This document shows positions 25,726 to 36,802 of a DNA stretch of 64,000 nucleotides, piece after piece. The notes under the pieces were generated by a model, which worked only from the letters and a program-made list of their open reading frames with translations, was not told the origin of the DNA and ran no database searches. How positions within the stretch are numbered: the first letter of the stretch is position 1; each line of letters begins with the position of its first letter. The position numbers and the translations under genes are program-made. This DNA is from Octopus vulgaris. Taxonomy: Eukaryota. Location of the stretch: positions 744,001-808,000 of the forward strand of contig OX597817.1 in NCBI GenBank assembly GCA_951406725.2, given 5' to 3'.

Positions 25726-27278
25726 TTATTATTAAAGTTGCAACTAGAAAACTAGTCTCACTCCTCTTCATTCAGTGTTGAAACAGAGGGGTCGATGACT
25801 GAGTAGGAATGGCATCAGCTGCTGTATGTTGCAAAGAAAGGGCTGCACAGATAAGGACATATCTTACACTGATTTCTGTCCTTGAATGGCAACTGTTATT
25901 TCCTATTTGCTTAACACTAAAATGTATGAAAAGTGGGTAATTCCTTCAAACTTTGCTTTTGTTACATTTATACGAACCCCACCAAAATCTCTCTCAACAC
26001 ATGGCTATGATACTCCCTTACTACTCCTGCTCATGATCAGAGATACGCATATTGTCAGCTGCTAAGGGACATGTTTAAGTGGTTAGGCCAAATGACTAAC
26101 AAGCAAATCTGTGGTATTGGGCAGAATATTTGCTATAACCATGTTTTTGCTTCAGCAACTCAGCACTGAATCTCTCTGAAATGTAATGGAAAATAAGTCA
26201 GTTTCAAAACATTGATGCAAGAGGTCACAAAAGCAAAGTTTGAAGGGAATAGTAATCATTTCCTTTGATTTCTTAATAGAAGCAAATAGAAAGTAACATT
26301 TACTGGCCAAAGACAAAAAAAAAATTCATGTTTTGTTGCAGTGTTATAAATTGATGAAACGGATGACACCAGCACAATGGAGAAAGCACGAGAAAAAACC
26401 AAGGAAGATGAAAACAGAAGAGATGATCTCAGAATACCAGGCCTCACAGCTGAGATTCCACAGATTGAGCAAAGTACAGGTACATGAAACCTATACCAAC
26501 ATAATAAAAATTAGACATTAAAATAAAGATAAATATTTCCAGCTGGTCTTTTGTACTTGCATTCAGTTCACACAACACTCATATATCATAGACCATGTCA
26601 ATTGTGTGCATTTAGCCATTCACTCTAAACCTTTCAGACATCACATCAGGAGACATGGTCATTATTATGTAGGAGTCAGAGAAAAATGGTCAAATGAATG
26701 AGATATTTCTGTGCTGATTCATGAATCAGAAGTTAAAACTGACTGCATGTTATTTGTTACATTTCTAGCCATTAGGAATGGTTAGCAGATTATCTTACCT
26801 GAGGATATTACTCATCATAGATTGCTGTCCTATGTAGTGAAAGATTTATTTCTTGTCCACTTCATAAACCAGAGACAAGTATTGGCTTGTACTTAGAAAA
26901 CATCTAAAATATATACACATACACTTGTGCGTGTAGATAGAAATATCATCCTGAACAGCAACATCAGGCTCCTGCATGAACTGGCAGTGTCCCTTTTTTG
27001 TATACATTGGTGAGTTGGGCTCTCATTGCAGACATATGGAATAAGATACATGCACGGGACATAATCTTATTAGCTTTTATTTGGATCACATAACAAACAA
27101 CAAAGGTCCTTGAAACTATTCAATATCACATTGGTTCTATACAATGAAGAGAAAAGAAAGCTAAGATGGTTTGGCCTGTAACAAAACCCAGTAGCCTTGC
27201 AAAGACCATTCTTCAAGGAAGGAGAGACTGACAGAGAAAAAGATACATGGACAACATCAAGGAACAGACAGGCACATC

Positions 27279-29230
27279 ATACCCAATGACTGGCGTAGCA
27301 GCACCATAGTCAACTGCTACAAGGGTAAGGGTGATGCTCTAGATAGAAATAACTACAGGGGTATCAAACTGTTGGATCAGGTGATGAAGGTCACAGAGAG
27401 GGTCACAACCCATCTCATTAGGGAGAGAATTTGCTTAGATGAGATGCAGTTCGGTTTTGTGCCGGGTAGAAGCACCACTGATACTATATTCCTGGTCCGA
27501 CAACTGCAGGAGAAGTACCTAGCTAAAGATAAACCCCTCTACATAGCTTTTGTGGACTTGGAGAAAGCCTTTGACAGGGTTCCCCGTTCCCTTATCTGGT
27601 GGTCGATGCGGAAACTGGAGATTGACGAATGGCTAATAAGGGCTGTACAGGCTCTATACAGAGAGGCTGTCAGCAAGGTTAGGATTGGCAACGAATATAG
27701 TGAAGAATTCCGGGTAGAAGTAGGTGTGCACCAAGGCTCAGCCCTCAGTCCCCTTTTATTCATCATAGTCCTCCAGGCAATAACAGAGGAATTCAAAACA
27801 GGTTGCCCCTGGGAGCTCCTCTATGCTGATGACCTGGCTCTCATAGCAGAATCACTACCGGAACTAGAAAAGAAATTTCGGGTGTGGAAGCAAGGGTTAG
27901 AATCAAAGGGCCTTAGAGTAAATGTAGCAAAGACCAAAGTTATAGTAAGCAGAAAGGCGAACTCAGCACACACCCCTCGGGCAGGTGGCCCTGCTCGATC
28001 TGTAGGAAAGGTGTAGGTAGAAACTCCATAAGATGCACCCAATGTAAGCTATGGATGCACAAGAGGTGCAGCAACATTAAAGGGAAATTAACAGATAAGA
28101 TAGCTTTCATGTGCGGCAGATGCACAGGGACAATAGACACCACAGACACTCAGAAAACAGATTCCATCACACTCCAGGGAGAGAAACTAGAAGTAGTTGA
28201 TAGTTTCCGCTACCTGGGTGACCAAGTTAGTAGTGGAGGTGGATGCACAGAGTATCACCACTAGAATACGAATAGCCTGGGCAAAGTTCAGAAAGCTCCT
28301 ACCCCTACTGGCGACAAAGGGTCACTCGCTCAGAGCGAAAGGTAGATCGTATGATGCATGTGTGCGAACTGCCATGCTTCACGGTAATGAAACATGGGCT
28401 GTGACTGCAGAGGACATGTGTAGACTTGAAAGAAATGAAGCTAGCATGATCCGCTGGATGTGTAATGTCAGTGTGCACGCACGACAGAGTGTAAGCACCC
28501 TGAGAGAAATGCTGGATATAAGAAGCATCAGATGTGGTGTGCAAGAGCGACGCTTGCGATGGTATGGTCATATGCTGCGGATGGATGAGGAGAGATGTGT
28601 GAATAAGTGCCACTCCCAAACAGTTGAAGGTATCAGGGGGAGAGGTAGACCCAGGAAGACATGGGATGAGGTAGTCAAGCATGACCTCAGAGCGTTGGGC
28701 CTCACTGAGGCAATGGCGAAGGACCGAGATCTCAGGAGATATGCTGTGACTGCAAAGACCCGGGTTGCTTCCTGTATCAGTTCCGCATAGCCCCTGCCCA
28801 TTCAAAGTACCCTGGATCCCAGAACGTCCCACTGTGCTTGAGGAGACCTGTTGAGTCAAGTACATGAACATGAACGTCGAAATAAATATCAATGGAAATA
28901 GTAGTTGTGATGCCTGTGCTGGTGGCACATAAAAAGCACCATCCGAACGTGGCCGATGCCAGTGCCGCTCCGACTGGCTTCTGTGCCGGTGGCACATAAA
29001 AAGCTCCAACCAATCGTGGCCGATGCAGGTGGCATGGTGGCATGTAAAAAGCACCCACTACACTCGTGGAGTGGTTGGTGTTAGGAAGGGCATCCAGCTG
29101 TAGAAACTCTGCCAGATCAGACTAGAGCCTGGAGCAGCCCCTGGCTTCCCAGACCCCGGTCGAACCGTCCAACCCGTGCTAGCGCGGAAAACGGACGTTA
29201 AACGATGATGATGATCATCATCATGATCAT
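27279..29230 (+). mobile_element. RTE LINE copy D: near-complete RT domain, PHD-like insert, 3' UTR
   Basis: ORF 27372-28016 has QFGFVPGRST, FVDLEKAFDRV, GVHQGSALSPLLF and LLYADDL; frameshifts near 27975 and 28250; (gat)n tail. Confidence 0.95.
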
Positions 29231-29572
29231 GAGTAAAAATCTGAACTCTGGCACACAATCATGACATAAGGAGAAGACTGCAATAGAGTATATAACCAAA
29301 CAAGGAATATGTGTGTATATACAAGTGTGAACAAGGAAGAAGAAGGAAAATGAGTAAGCCTGTAATGGCAGTGATTTAGACTAATTAGATGATGACAATG
29401 ATTCTTGATTGCATTTTAATAAACCATTACCCAGTCACATATGATTACATATTTTGTTCTTTTTTAAATGACATTGTGTCTTCTAAGTCTAGGCTTGTCA
29501 GTAAATAAGAAATTTATTGATACAGAACATATAATTTAGAGAATGAACAGTAGCAATACTGGAAGCGATATA

Positions 29573-29799
29573 TTGGGTTGGGGCATAATTATTGCAGCTT
29601 TTTTCAACAAATTATATTCAATAAAAACAATAACAACATGTAACAAAAACATCTTTAAATGATTATTCCGGAGCATATTCACCATCTACCTCAGTTACTG
29701 CTTCCCATTTGCTTAGCAGATGGTCAGACCGTTATTTAAAGATGTTTTGTTGAATAAAATTTGTTGAAAAAAAGCTGCAATAATTATGCACCAACCCAA
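29573..29799. mobile_element. Mariner-derived MITE
   Basis: TA|ttgggttggggcataattattgcagc...gctgcaataattatgcaccaacccaa|TA; internal minus strand encodes HLLSKWEAVTEVDGEYAPE*, like a mariner C-terminus. Confidence 0.8.
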
Positions 29800-29948
29800 T
29801 AATTTAAGGCTTTGATGGTCTAATGTCAAATGCAGAAGTTATTAAGGTACTTTAGGTCCTCTGCACACATGTGAATATCTTCTGCTTTTGATGAGATTGT
29901 ATTTTACTCTCAGTTTCTGGACGCATTATTTGATAAGAATAAAAATAC

Positions 29949-30958
29949 ATGCTCCGATGGATGTGTAATGTCAGTGTACTTACTCGACAGAGCGTTAGTT
30001 CCCTGAGAGAAATGTTGTACCTAAGAAGCATCAGTTGTTGCGTGCAAGAGAGACGATTGCGCTGGTATGGTCATGTGGCGAGAATGGATGAAGATAGGTG
30101 TGTGAGAAAGTGCCAATCCCTAGCAGTTGAGGGAACCCGTGGAAGAGGTAGACCCAGGAAAACCTGGGACGAGGTGGTGAAGCACGACCTTCGAACGTTA
30201 GGTCTCACCATGGAAATGACTAGAGACCGAGACCTATGGAAGTATGCGGTGCGTGAGAAGACCCGGCAAGTCTAGTGAAGCCATAACCCGTGGCTCCTAC
30301 CTGGGACGTAGTCAGTCCACCTGTGCATACCTTCCTGCTTGTGACACTTGTGAAGACCTGTTGAGGCAAATCAAATCAAAGTCAAATCGAATCAAGTCAA
30401 ACCAAATCAAAATAGATGAACATCAATGGAATTTGTATCCTTGTGGAACCAGTGCCGGTGGCACATAAGAAAACCATCCGAACGGGACCGTAGCCAGTAC
30501 CGCATCAACTGGCCTCCGTGCTGTGGGCACGTAACAAACACCATCCGATCGTGGCCGTTCACCAGCCTCATCTGGCACCTGTGTCAGTGGCACATAAGAA
30601 AAACACCGAAAACACCATATCTGAGCGTGGCCGTCTGCCAGCCTCGTCTGGCACCTGTGTCGGTGGCACATAAAAAAACACCATCCGAGCGTGGCCGTCT
30701 GCCAGCCTCGTCTGGCACATAAAAAACACCATCCGAGCGTGGCCGTTCGCCAGCCTCGTCTGGCACCTGTGTTGGTGGCACATAAAATCACCCACTACAC
30801 TCTCGGAGTGGTTGGCATTAGGAAGGGCATCCAGCTGTAGAAACACTGCCAGATCTGACTGGCCTGGTGTAGCCTTCGGGCTTGCCAGACCCCAGTTGAA
30901 CCGTCCAACCTATGCTAGCATGGAAAGCGGACGTTAAACGATGATGATGATGATGATG
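29949..30958 (+). mobile_element. RTE LINE copy E with expanded 3' UTR repeat modules
   Basis: ORF 29949-30275 is an open RTE C-terminus; about six ggcac.taaaa..cacc modules; (gat)n tail. Confidence 0.92.
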
Positions 30959-33329
30959 AAAATGGTATTTTATTGTTTTATTGATTCAATTCTAAATGTT
31001 TATCAATACAATAAGTGGTCCATTGCTAGAAATAATTTGTTAGTGAGGATTGGTTCTTTTTAAATGTCACCTGCTTTGCTGCATTTTAATAAACCATTAC
31101 CCAGTCACAAATGATTAATTTCCAGTTACATAGTTCTCAGTTTGATTCCACTGCATAAGGAAGTATCTTTTACCATAGCCTTGGGTTGGCCAAAACTATA
31201 TGTATGATATTTGAAGAGAGAAACTGAAAGCTCACCAGGGAAGGTGTTTCAATTTTTGGATGGTAGACTTAGGTGGTAGCCTGGTTTAACATTGCTACCT
31301 GGTTCTTGGATCTTTTTTAGCAGGAAGCGCTTTGTAGCAAGTATTCAGTCCAAGTCTCCAGTTTGAAGATAACCTCCTCCCTTATTCTCATCAATTTCAG
31401 AGGCCCTGAAAAGCATTATGGTTGCTGCCTTTCCTCTCTTGAATCTGATATTAAAATTTAAAAAAATGCTAAGTTCAGTTTAGATAACATTTAGCATTAC
31501 ACTTCTCACTCCATCAGCAGAATGAGATTTTACATATGAGTATATATGGGATCTTACACATACTTCAATATCTTCTACTTTTGACATCAGATTTCAGAAT
31601 CCCCTCAATGCCTTAAAGAATGTAACTTTCATGTGTATGACTAAGGTTCAAAGCTCTGGTCATGGTTGAAATATTTTCTAGTGGTAAAGAGGAACTCGAG
31701 TCTGTGTCACGTGAGTGGTAATGATATAGATATGTTAGGTTGCTGTAAGATATTGTGAAACTTAGCATTTACTATAATTGTAACGGTTTTAGTTGTGGAG
31801 TGAGGTTGATGTCCATGGCTGTTTCCTCACTTGTGAAAAGTTTGAGTTTTTATGCTGTTGAGGTGAAGAGCAGACAAAACCTATACAGAAATCTGTTGAA
31901 TGGATTGTAACTGCAAATCCAACTATCAACCTAGTTATGTTTTGCTTCACACTGATTTAGCTTGAGAATTACATTAGGTATACATGTTTGTGGAATACTC
32001 AGACACTTGCATGTTAATTCAATGAGTAGGTTGTTCAGTTGATCAAATAAGTGAATGCACATTATTGAAAATAACAGGCTATTAGAAGAGTAACGATGTA
32101 AAAGATTGGATAAGAAAATATAAAATAACAGACAAATGTTTAACCCTTTTCTTACCATATTTCTGTTGAAATACACCATCTTCATTTCAATTAATTTTGA
32201 AAATAATGAAGAATTTAATGAAATGATTGTCATTATTAAGCAATTTTTGATGAAAGGCTTAAATTTAGGTAACTTAAAAAAAGAGAAAAATTTGTATTGT
32301 AGAACCAAGTGTGCTCTTAGGCAGGTTGCTATCAAAAGTATTAATGGTGCTCACCCTAGTTTTTAATTAGACTTCCTCATTAAACTAATTTTCTTTGCAT
32401 CAGCATTTTATTTTGTTGCCCTTTATACAACTTGTTAGAAGAGGAATATTCTGAGAGCTAAAACTAAGAAAATTGCCTTTATGGTGGTCAAATATTAACA
32501 TCTAAATGCTTGTGTACAATTACTAATAGTTTTTGCCTTCCATCTTTATCAACTGTTTCATACTGATATAAGTTGATTGGTTTTTCTGAGGCAGTGTTTC
32601 ATGATCCAGATACCTTTCTTGTTGCCAACTCTTCATTTTGTCTTTAACACACAAACCTGTCTGTTTTGGCACGGCTTTTATGGCTGGATTGCCCTTCCTA
32701 ACACCAGTCTACTCTGCAGGTTGGTTGGTGTTAAGAAGGACATCCAGTTGTAAAAACCCTGCCAAAACAGACACAGAGGTCTGGTGCAGGCTCATGTCAA
32801 ACTGTCCAACCTGTGCCAGCATAGAAAGTGGATGTTAAACAATGATGATGACGACAGAGATGGGATTTACAGTAATTTCCTTATCAACAGTTTTTAATAA
32901 AATTCTGAATTTAGGCAAATTATCATGAAGTATAATTTTCCAAATAAATTAAATATCAGCCTTTCATTTTATTCAGGAGAGGCAATGGTGTGTGCCCTTC
33001 GAGGCCCATCCGGTATAGTGAGGCTGATGAAGCCAGTGTTCAGTCTGAACATCGATGTTCATTATCTTCAGCATTTTAATGTCCAGTTTTCCATAGAATT
33101 TATGGAGGCAGACTTTTCACAGGCTGGATGCCCTTCATGCTGCTAACACTCAGCCATTTCCGGTTAAGGTAATATTTCACTATTACCAAATATATTTTCA
33201 CAGAACATTGGAAATGAAGGACACTGCATCTTTGCTGGTGACACTCATTTCACACAATGTCAAGACAAGGAGACATAAACTCTCACACATGATGGTATGA
33301 TGGTTAGTCTCTCTCATAGTCCAAGAAAG

Positions 33330-33595
33330 ACAGTTCTGCAACTTCTTGCTGAACAACCAATGCAGGTGATTTATTCACAGTGATCAAATGTCAGTGCCAC
33401 ACCTTAGCTCCCTCCCTCCATCAAATCAATGTTGTCTGAACAGGTTCACGGTGTACCACTTGTTAGGTGTCAAAGTGCTCATAGAGCAATGGGAGATGAA
33501 GTGTGCTTTGCTTAAGAACAACACAGCACCAGTCCAGGAACTGAAACCATAATCTTGTGATCGGGAGTAAAACACCCTAACCACTGGTCTATGCA
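33330..33595 (-). mobile_element. tRNA-derived SINE
   Basis: Minus strand: agaccagtggttagggtg...ggtttcagttcctggac, same head as 3795-4022. Confidence 0.6.
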
Positions 33596-33622
33596 CACAT
33601 ATATAGGTACATAAATGCCCAT

Positions 33623-34083
33623 GGGCATATGGCATAGTGGTTAAGAGTGCGGGCCACTAAACCCAATATTCCGAGTTCGATTCCAAGCAGTGACCTGAAT
33701 AATAATAATAATAATCATCATCATCATCATCGTTTAACGTCCATTCTCCATGCTAGCACGGGTTGGACAGTTCAACCGGGGTCTGGGAAGCCAGGGGCTG
33801 CACCAGGCTTCAGTCTGATCTGGCAGTGTTTCTACAGCTGGATGCCCTTCCTAACGCCAACCACTCCGCGAGTGTAGTGGGTGCTTTTTACGTGCCACCT
33901 GCACAATAATAATAATAATAATAATAATAACAATAACAACAACATCGAAACATACCTTAGGAATGAGAACCCAAGTTCGAAATTTCCCCCAAGACACCTC
34001 AGGAAGGCTGGAGGGCATATCAGCCAAAACGTGTTTAAAACAAACAAGATGAGGATAAATATCCATTAAATGTAAATAATGTA
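33623..34083 (+). mobile_element. Composite element: tRNA-like head, (AAT)n spacer, hammerhead-like tail; interrupted by an RTE 3' end
   Basis: A box tggcatagtgg and B box gagttcgattcc (33673-33684); (aat)n on both sides of the RTE insert; ctcagga-a-ggctg..cagcc-aaaa-cgtgt at 33998-34034. Confidence 0.55.
33716..33904 (-). mobile_element. RTE 3'-end-only insertion into an (AAT)n tract
   Basis: Close match to the terminal ~190 bp of copies A, D and F. Confidence 0.9.
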
Positions 34084-34633
34084 GTTAGGACATTGTTAAT
34101 ACATTTAAAAGCAAATTAGAAATAATTATGCTATGAAAGAACATTCCTCAAAAATGCAATATTATCCAGTGACTAATGAAATTTTAATTATTTAGGCAAA
34201 TATGGTCAATAAGAGTTATATATGTCTCTTTTAGTGTAGTATCATACATGGCAAGATTATGTTCTTACCACAGGCTACCTAGCTATGAAACATGTGGCAC
34301 TTATTTTTCCATGGATTCAGTTAGTTAGATTAGAGGGAAGGAGAACAAAGAAAATTGCCAAAAATACAACAGAATGACTATGCGACTAAACTGAATGAAT
34401 TTCAAATTTTATATCTCTTAATTTGAAATTCAAAAGCTTGTTAGCCTAATTTTAGTTATTGCAGTGATTTCCAAACTCTTCCTGTTAGTAACACACTTTT
34501 TAAACATACATAATTTAGCTACACACTAATTAAGTTTTATGCAAACTTATTTTAATATGATCTACCATGGCTATAAGATTCTGATGCATAGATTATTTTA
34601 ATAGTGGAACATGTTGAGAAAAACTTTCATTTA

Positions 34634-35937
34634 TCTATATATAAAAAATTCTTTGTTTCTGTCTGTTTCCTATGCATTCTCAAATGGCTCAACCAAATCA
34701 AATCAAATTTTTCAAGCTAATGGTATCAGACCCCATGAGTGTCAACATGTAATTTTTTCCATTTGGATTAAAACAATATAATACTGGTACTGGTTCGGTA
34801 TTATGTGTCAAAAGTGAAAGAATAAGATCTATATTGTAATGTGATATAATACTGTTTCACTTTTAATTCTAATGTGATAACACTAAGATCATCTTATTTC
34901 TATTAGACAGAAGCGAGATGAGACTTTCCCAAGATCAGCAAAAACATATTGCAGCACATCAAATGGAATCTCAAGAGAAAAGTGACATGAGGCTTTCCCA
35001 AGATCAGCAAATGCATGTTACAGCACATCAGATGGAGTCTCAATACCAAAGGGAAATGAGACTTTTCCAAGATCAGCAAATGTATGTTGCAACACTTAAT
35101 GTTGGATCATTAAAACATTTTAACGATTAGACAAGGGTCCAATAGAATAGCTCTCAGAAACAGACTACATACAAATATTTTCTTCATAACTGCTGTGTGT
35201 TGCTTTCAGATATGATCCATCCCATTCTTATAAAAATGATAATTTTGTCCAAATTGGTGCGCTAAACTCAAATTGTCATTTCTGCAAAGCTTTGGAATTT
35301 CCAAATGAAACTAATGGCATGTGCTGCTCAGGTGGTAAGGTAAGAAAGATTGCCAGCACCACCAGCTCCTGCTCAACCTCTTATGGATCTTCTGGAAGGC
35401 ACGTCCATCCAGTCAAAGGATTTTCTGAACACTATCAGGCAATACAACTGCATCTCAAATGACATTGTTTGGTGCATCTAAGGAGGTAGTTGAACATTGA
35501 TTTATGTCAACATTCAAAGTTCAAAGGCAAGTCTCTTATCTCATTGGTTCCCTGTTACCCACAAATCAACAACCACAGTTCCTCCAAATTTACTTTATGA
35601 GTAATGCAGGACAACAAACCCAAAGAGGGTATCAAAACTTCAGACACTGGATTGTGTTAGACACAGCTCCGACTGCTGCAAAGGAGAGTATATCCATTGA
35701 CAGCTTTTAGGTGTGTTTAAAAATCACATACCCACCATCCTCAATTTTCCATGACAGCCTAGGGCCTGGAAGACTCCAAACGGACACATGGCATGTTGCT
35801 TAGTTGAATCAGCCCATCATTTACTGCACAAATTTTTTGTCATCAATGTTGCACTTTCCCGCATCACCTGTTTCAACATAACTGTCATAACAAACTATGC
35901 CACTTTAATCCTGAGCAACACCAGGTATCTCTGCTAG
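34634..35937 (+). mobile_element. Internally deleted Helitron
   Basis: A|TC start and CTAG|T end; Rep-helicase N-terminal remnants CHFCKALEFPNETNGMCCSGGK and TFKVQRQVSYLIGSLLP..PQFLQIYF; 69-bp repeats. Confidence 0.85.
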
Positions 35938-35999
35938 TATTTTATAAATATATAATTTGTAAGCAAAATAAAATACATTTTCAAGAGAAATGTGAGTTA

Positions 36000-36162
36000 T
36001 CATCATCATCATCGTTTAACATCCGCTTTCCATGCTAGCATGGGTTGGACGATTTGACTGAGGGCTGGCGAACCACATAGCTGCACCAGGCTTCAATCTT
36101 GATCTGGCAGAGTTTCTACAGCTGGATGCCCTTCCTAACACCAACCATTCCGAGAGTGTAGT
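36000..36162 (-). mobile_element. RTE 3'-end fragment
   Basis: (cat)n tail plus conserved terminal motif. Confidence 0.85.
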
Positions 36163-36185
36163 TTATCGATAATAATTTGTATATA

Positions 36186-36746
36186 CAGGGTGGACCAAAA
36201 TGATCTGATACATTTGGAGGCTTAATAAAAGCACAAAATAAGAAATAATGAAAAGAAAAATTTTTATTTTCTGAATCTACCTATAATGCCATTTTATTTC
36301 ATTAAGTTTTAAAAATTAAATCAGCTAAATGCTTCCCATCATTGTCTGTTGACACTGTTGGAGACGTTCATGAAAGTTATCGATAACTCTTTGGATCATT
36401 TCTTCTGGAATGGTTGCTATTTCTACACAAATTGCACGTTTTAATTCCTCAATAGATCGAAGGCGATGACTGAATACTTTTCATTTTAAATATCCCCACA
36501 AGAAGAAATCACATTTCACCATTCCAGAAGAAATGATCCAAAGAGTTATCGATATCTCTCATGAACGTCTCTAACAGTGTCAACAGACAATGATGGGAAG
36601 CATTTAGCTGATTTAATTTTTAAAACTTAATGAAATAAAATGGCATTATAGGTAGATTCAGAAAATAAAAAATTTTCTTTTCATTGTTTCTTATTTTGCA
36701 CTTTTATTAAGCCTCCAAATGTATCGGATCATTTTGGTCCACCCTG
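36186..36746. mobile_element. Foldback Tc1/mariner derivative with ~229-bp inverted arms
   Basis: TA|cagggtggaccaaaatg...cattttggtccaccctg|TA; minus strand reads CDFFLWGYLK...SIEELKRAI..EIATIPEEMIQRVIDNFHERLQQC. Confidence 0.92.
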
Positions 36747-36802
36747 TATATGCAAGGATTAATAAAAAAAAAATTTTTTTATAACTTACTATTTCAGTGA
36801 GT

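Noticed and set aside
28305-29054. 249-aa minus-strand ORF and similar antisense ORFs over RTE copies
   Set aside because: Shadow frames of LINE ORF2 and UTR with no independent coding signal
33623-33697. Functional tRNA gene
   Set aside because: Acceptor and T stems pair poorly and it runs into repeat sequence; better read as a SINE head
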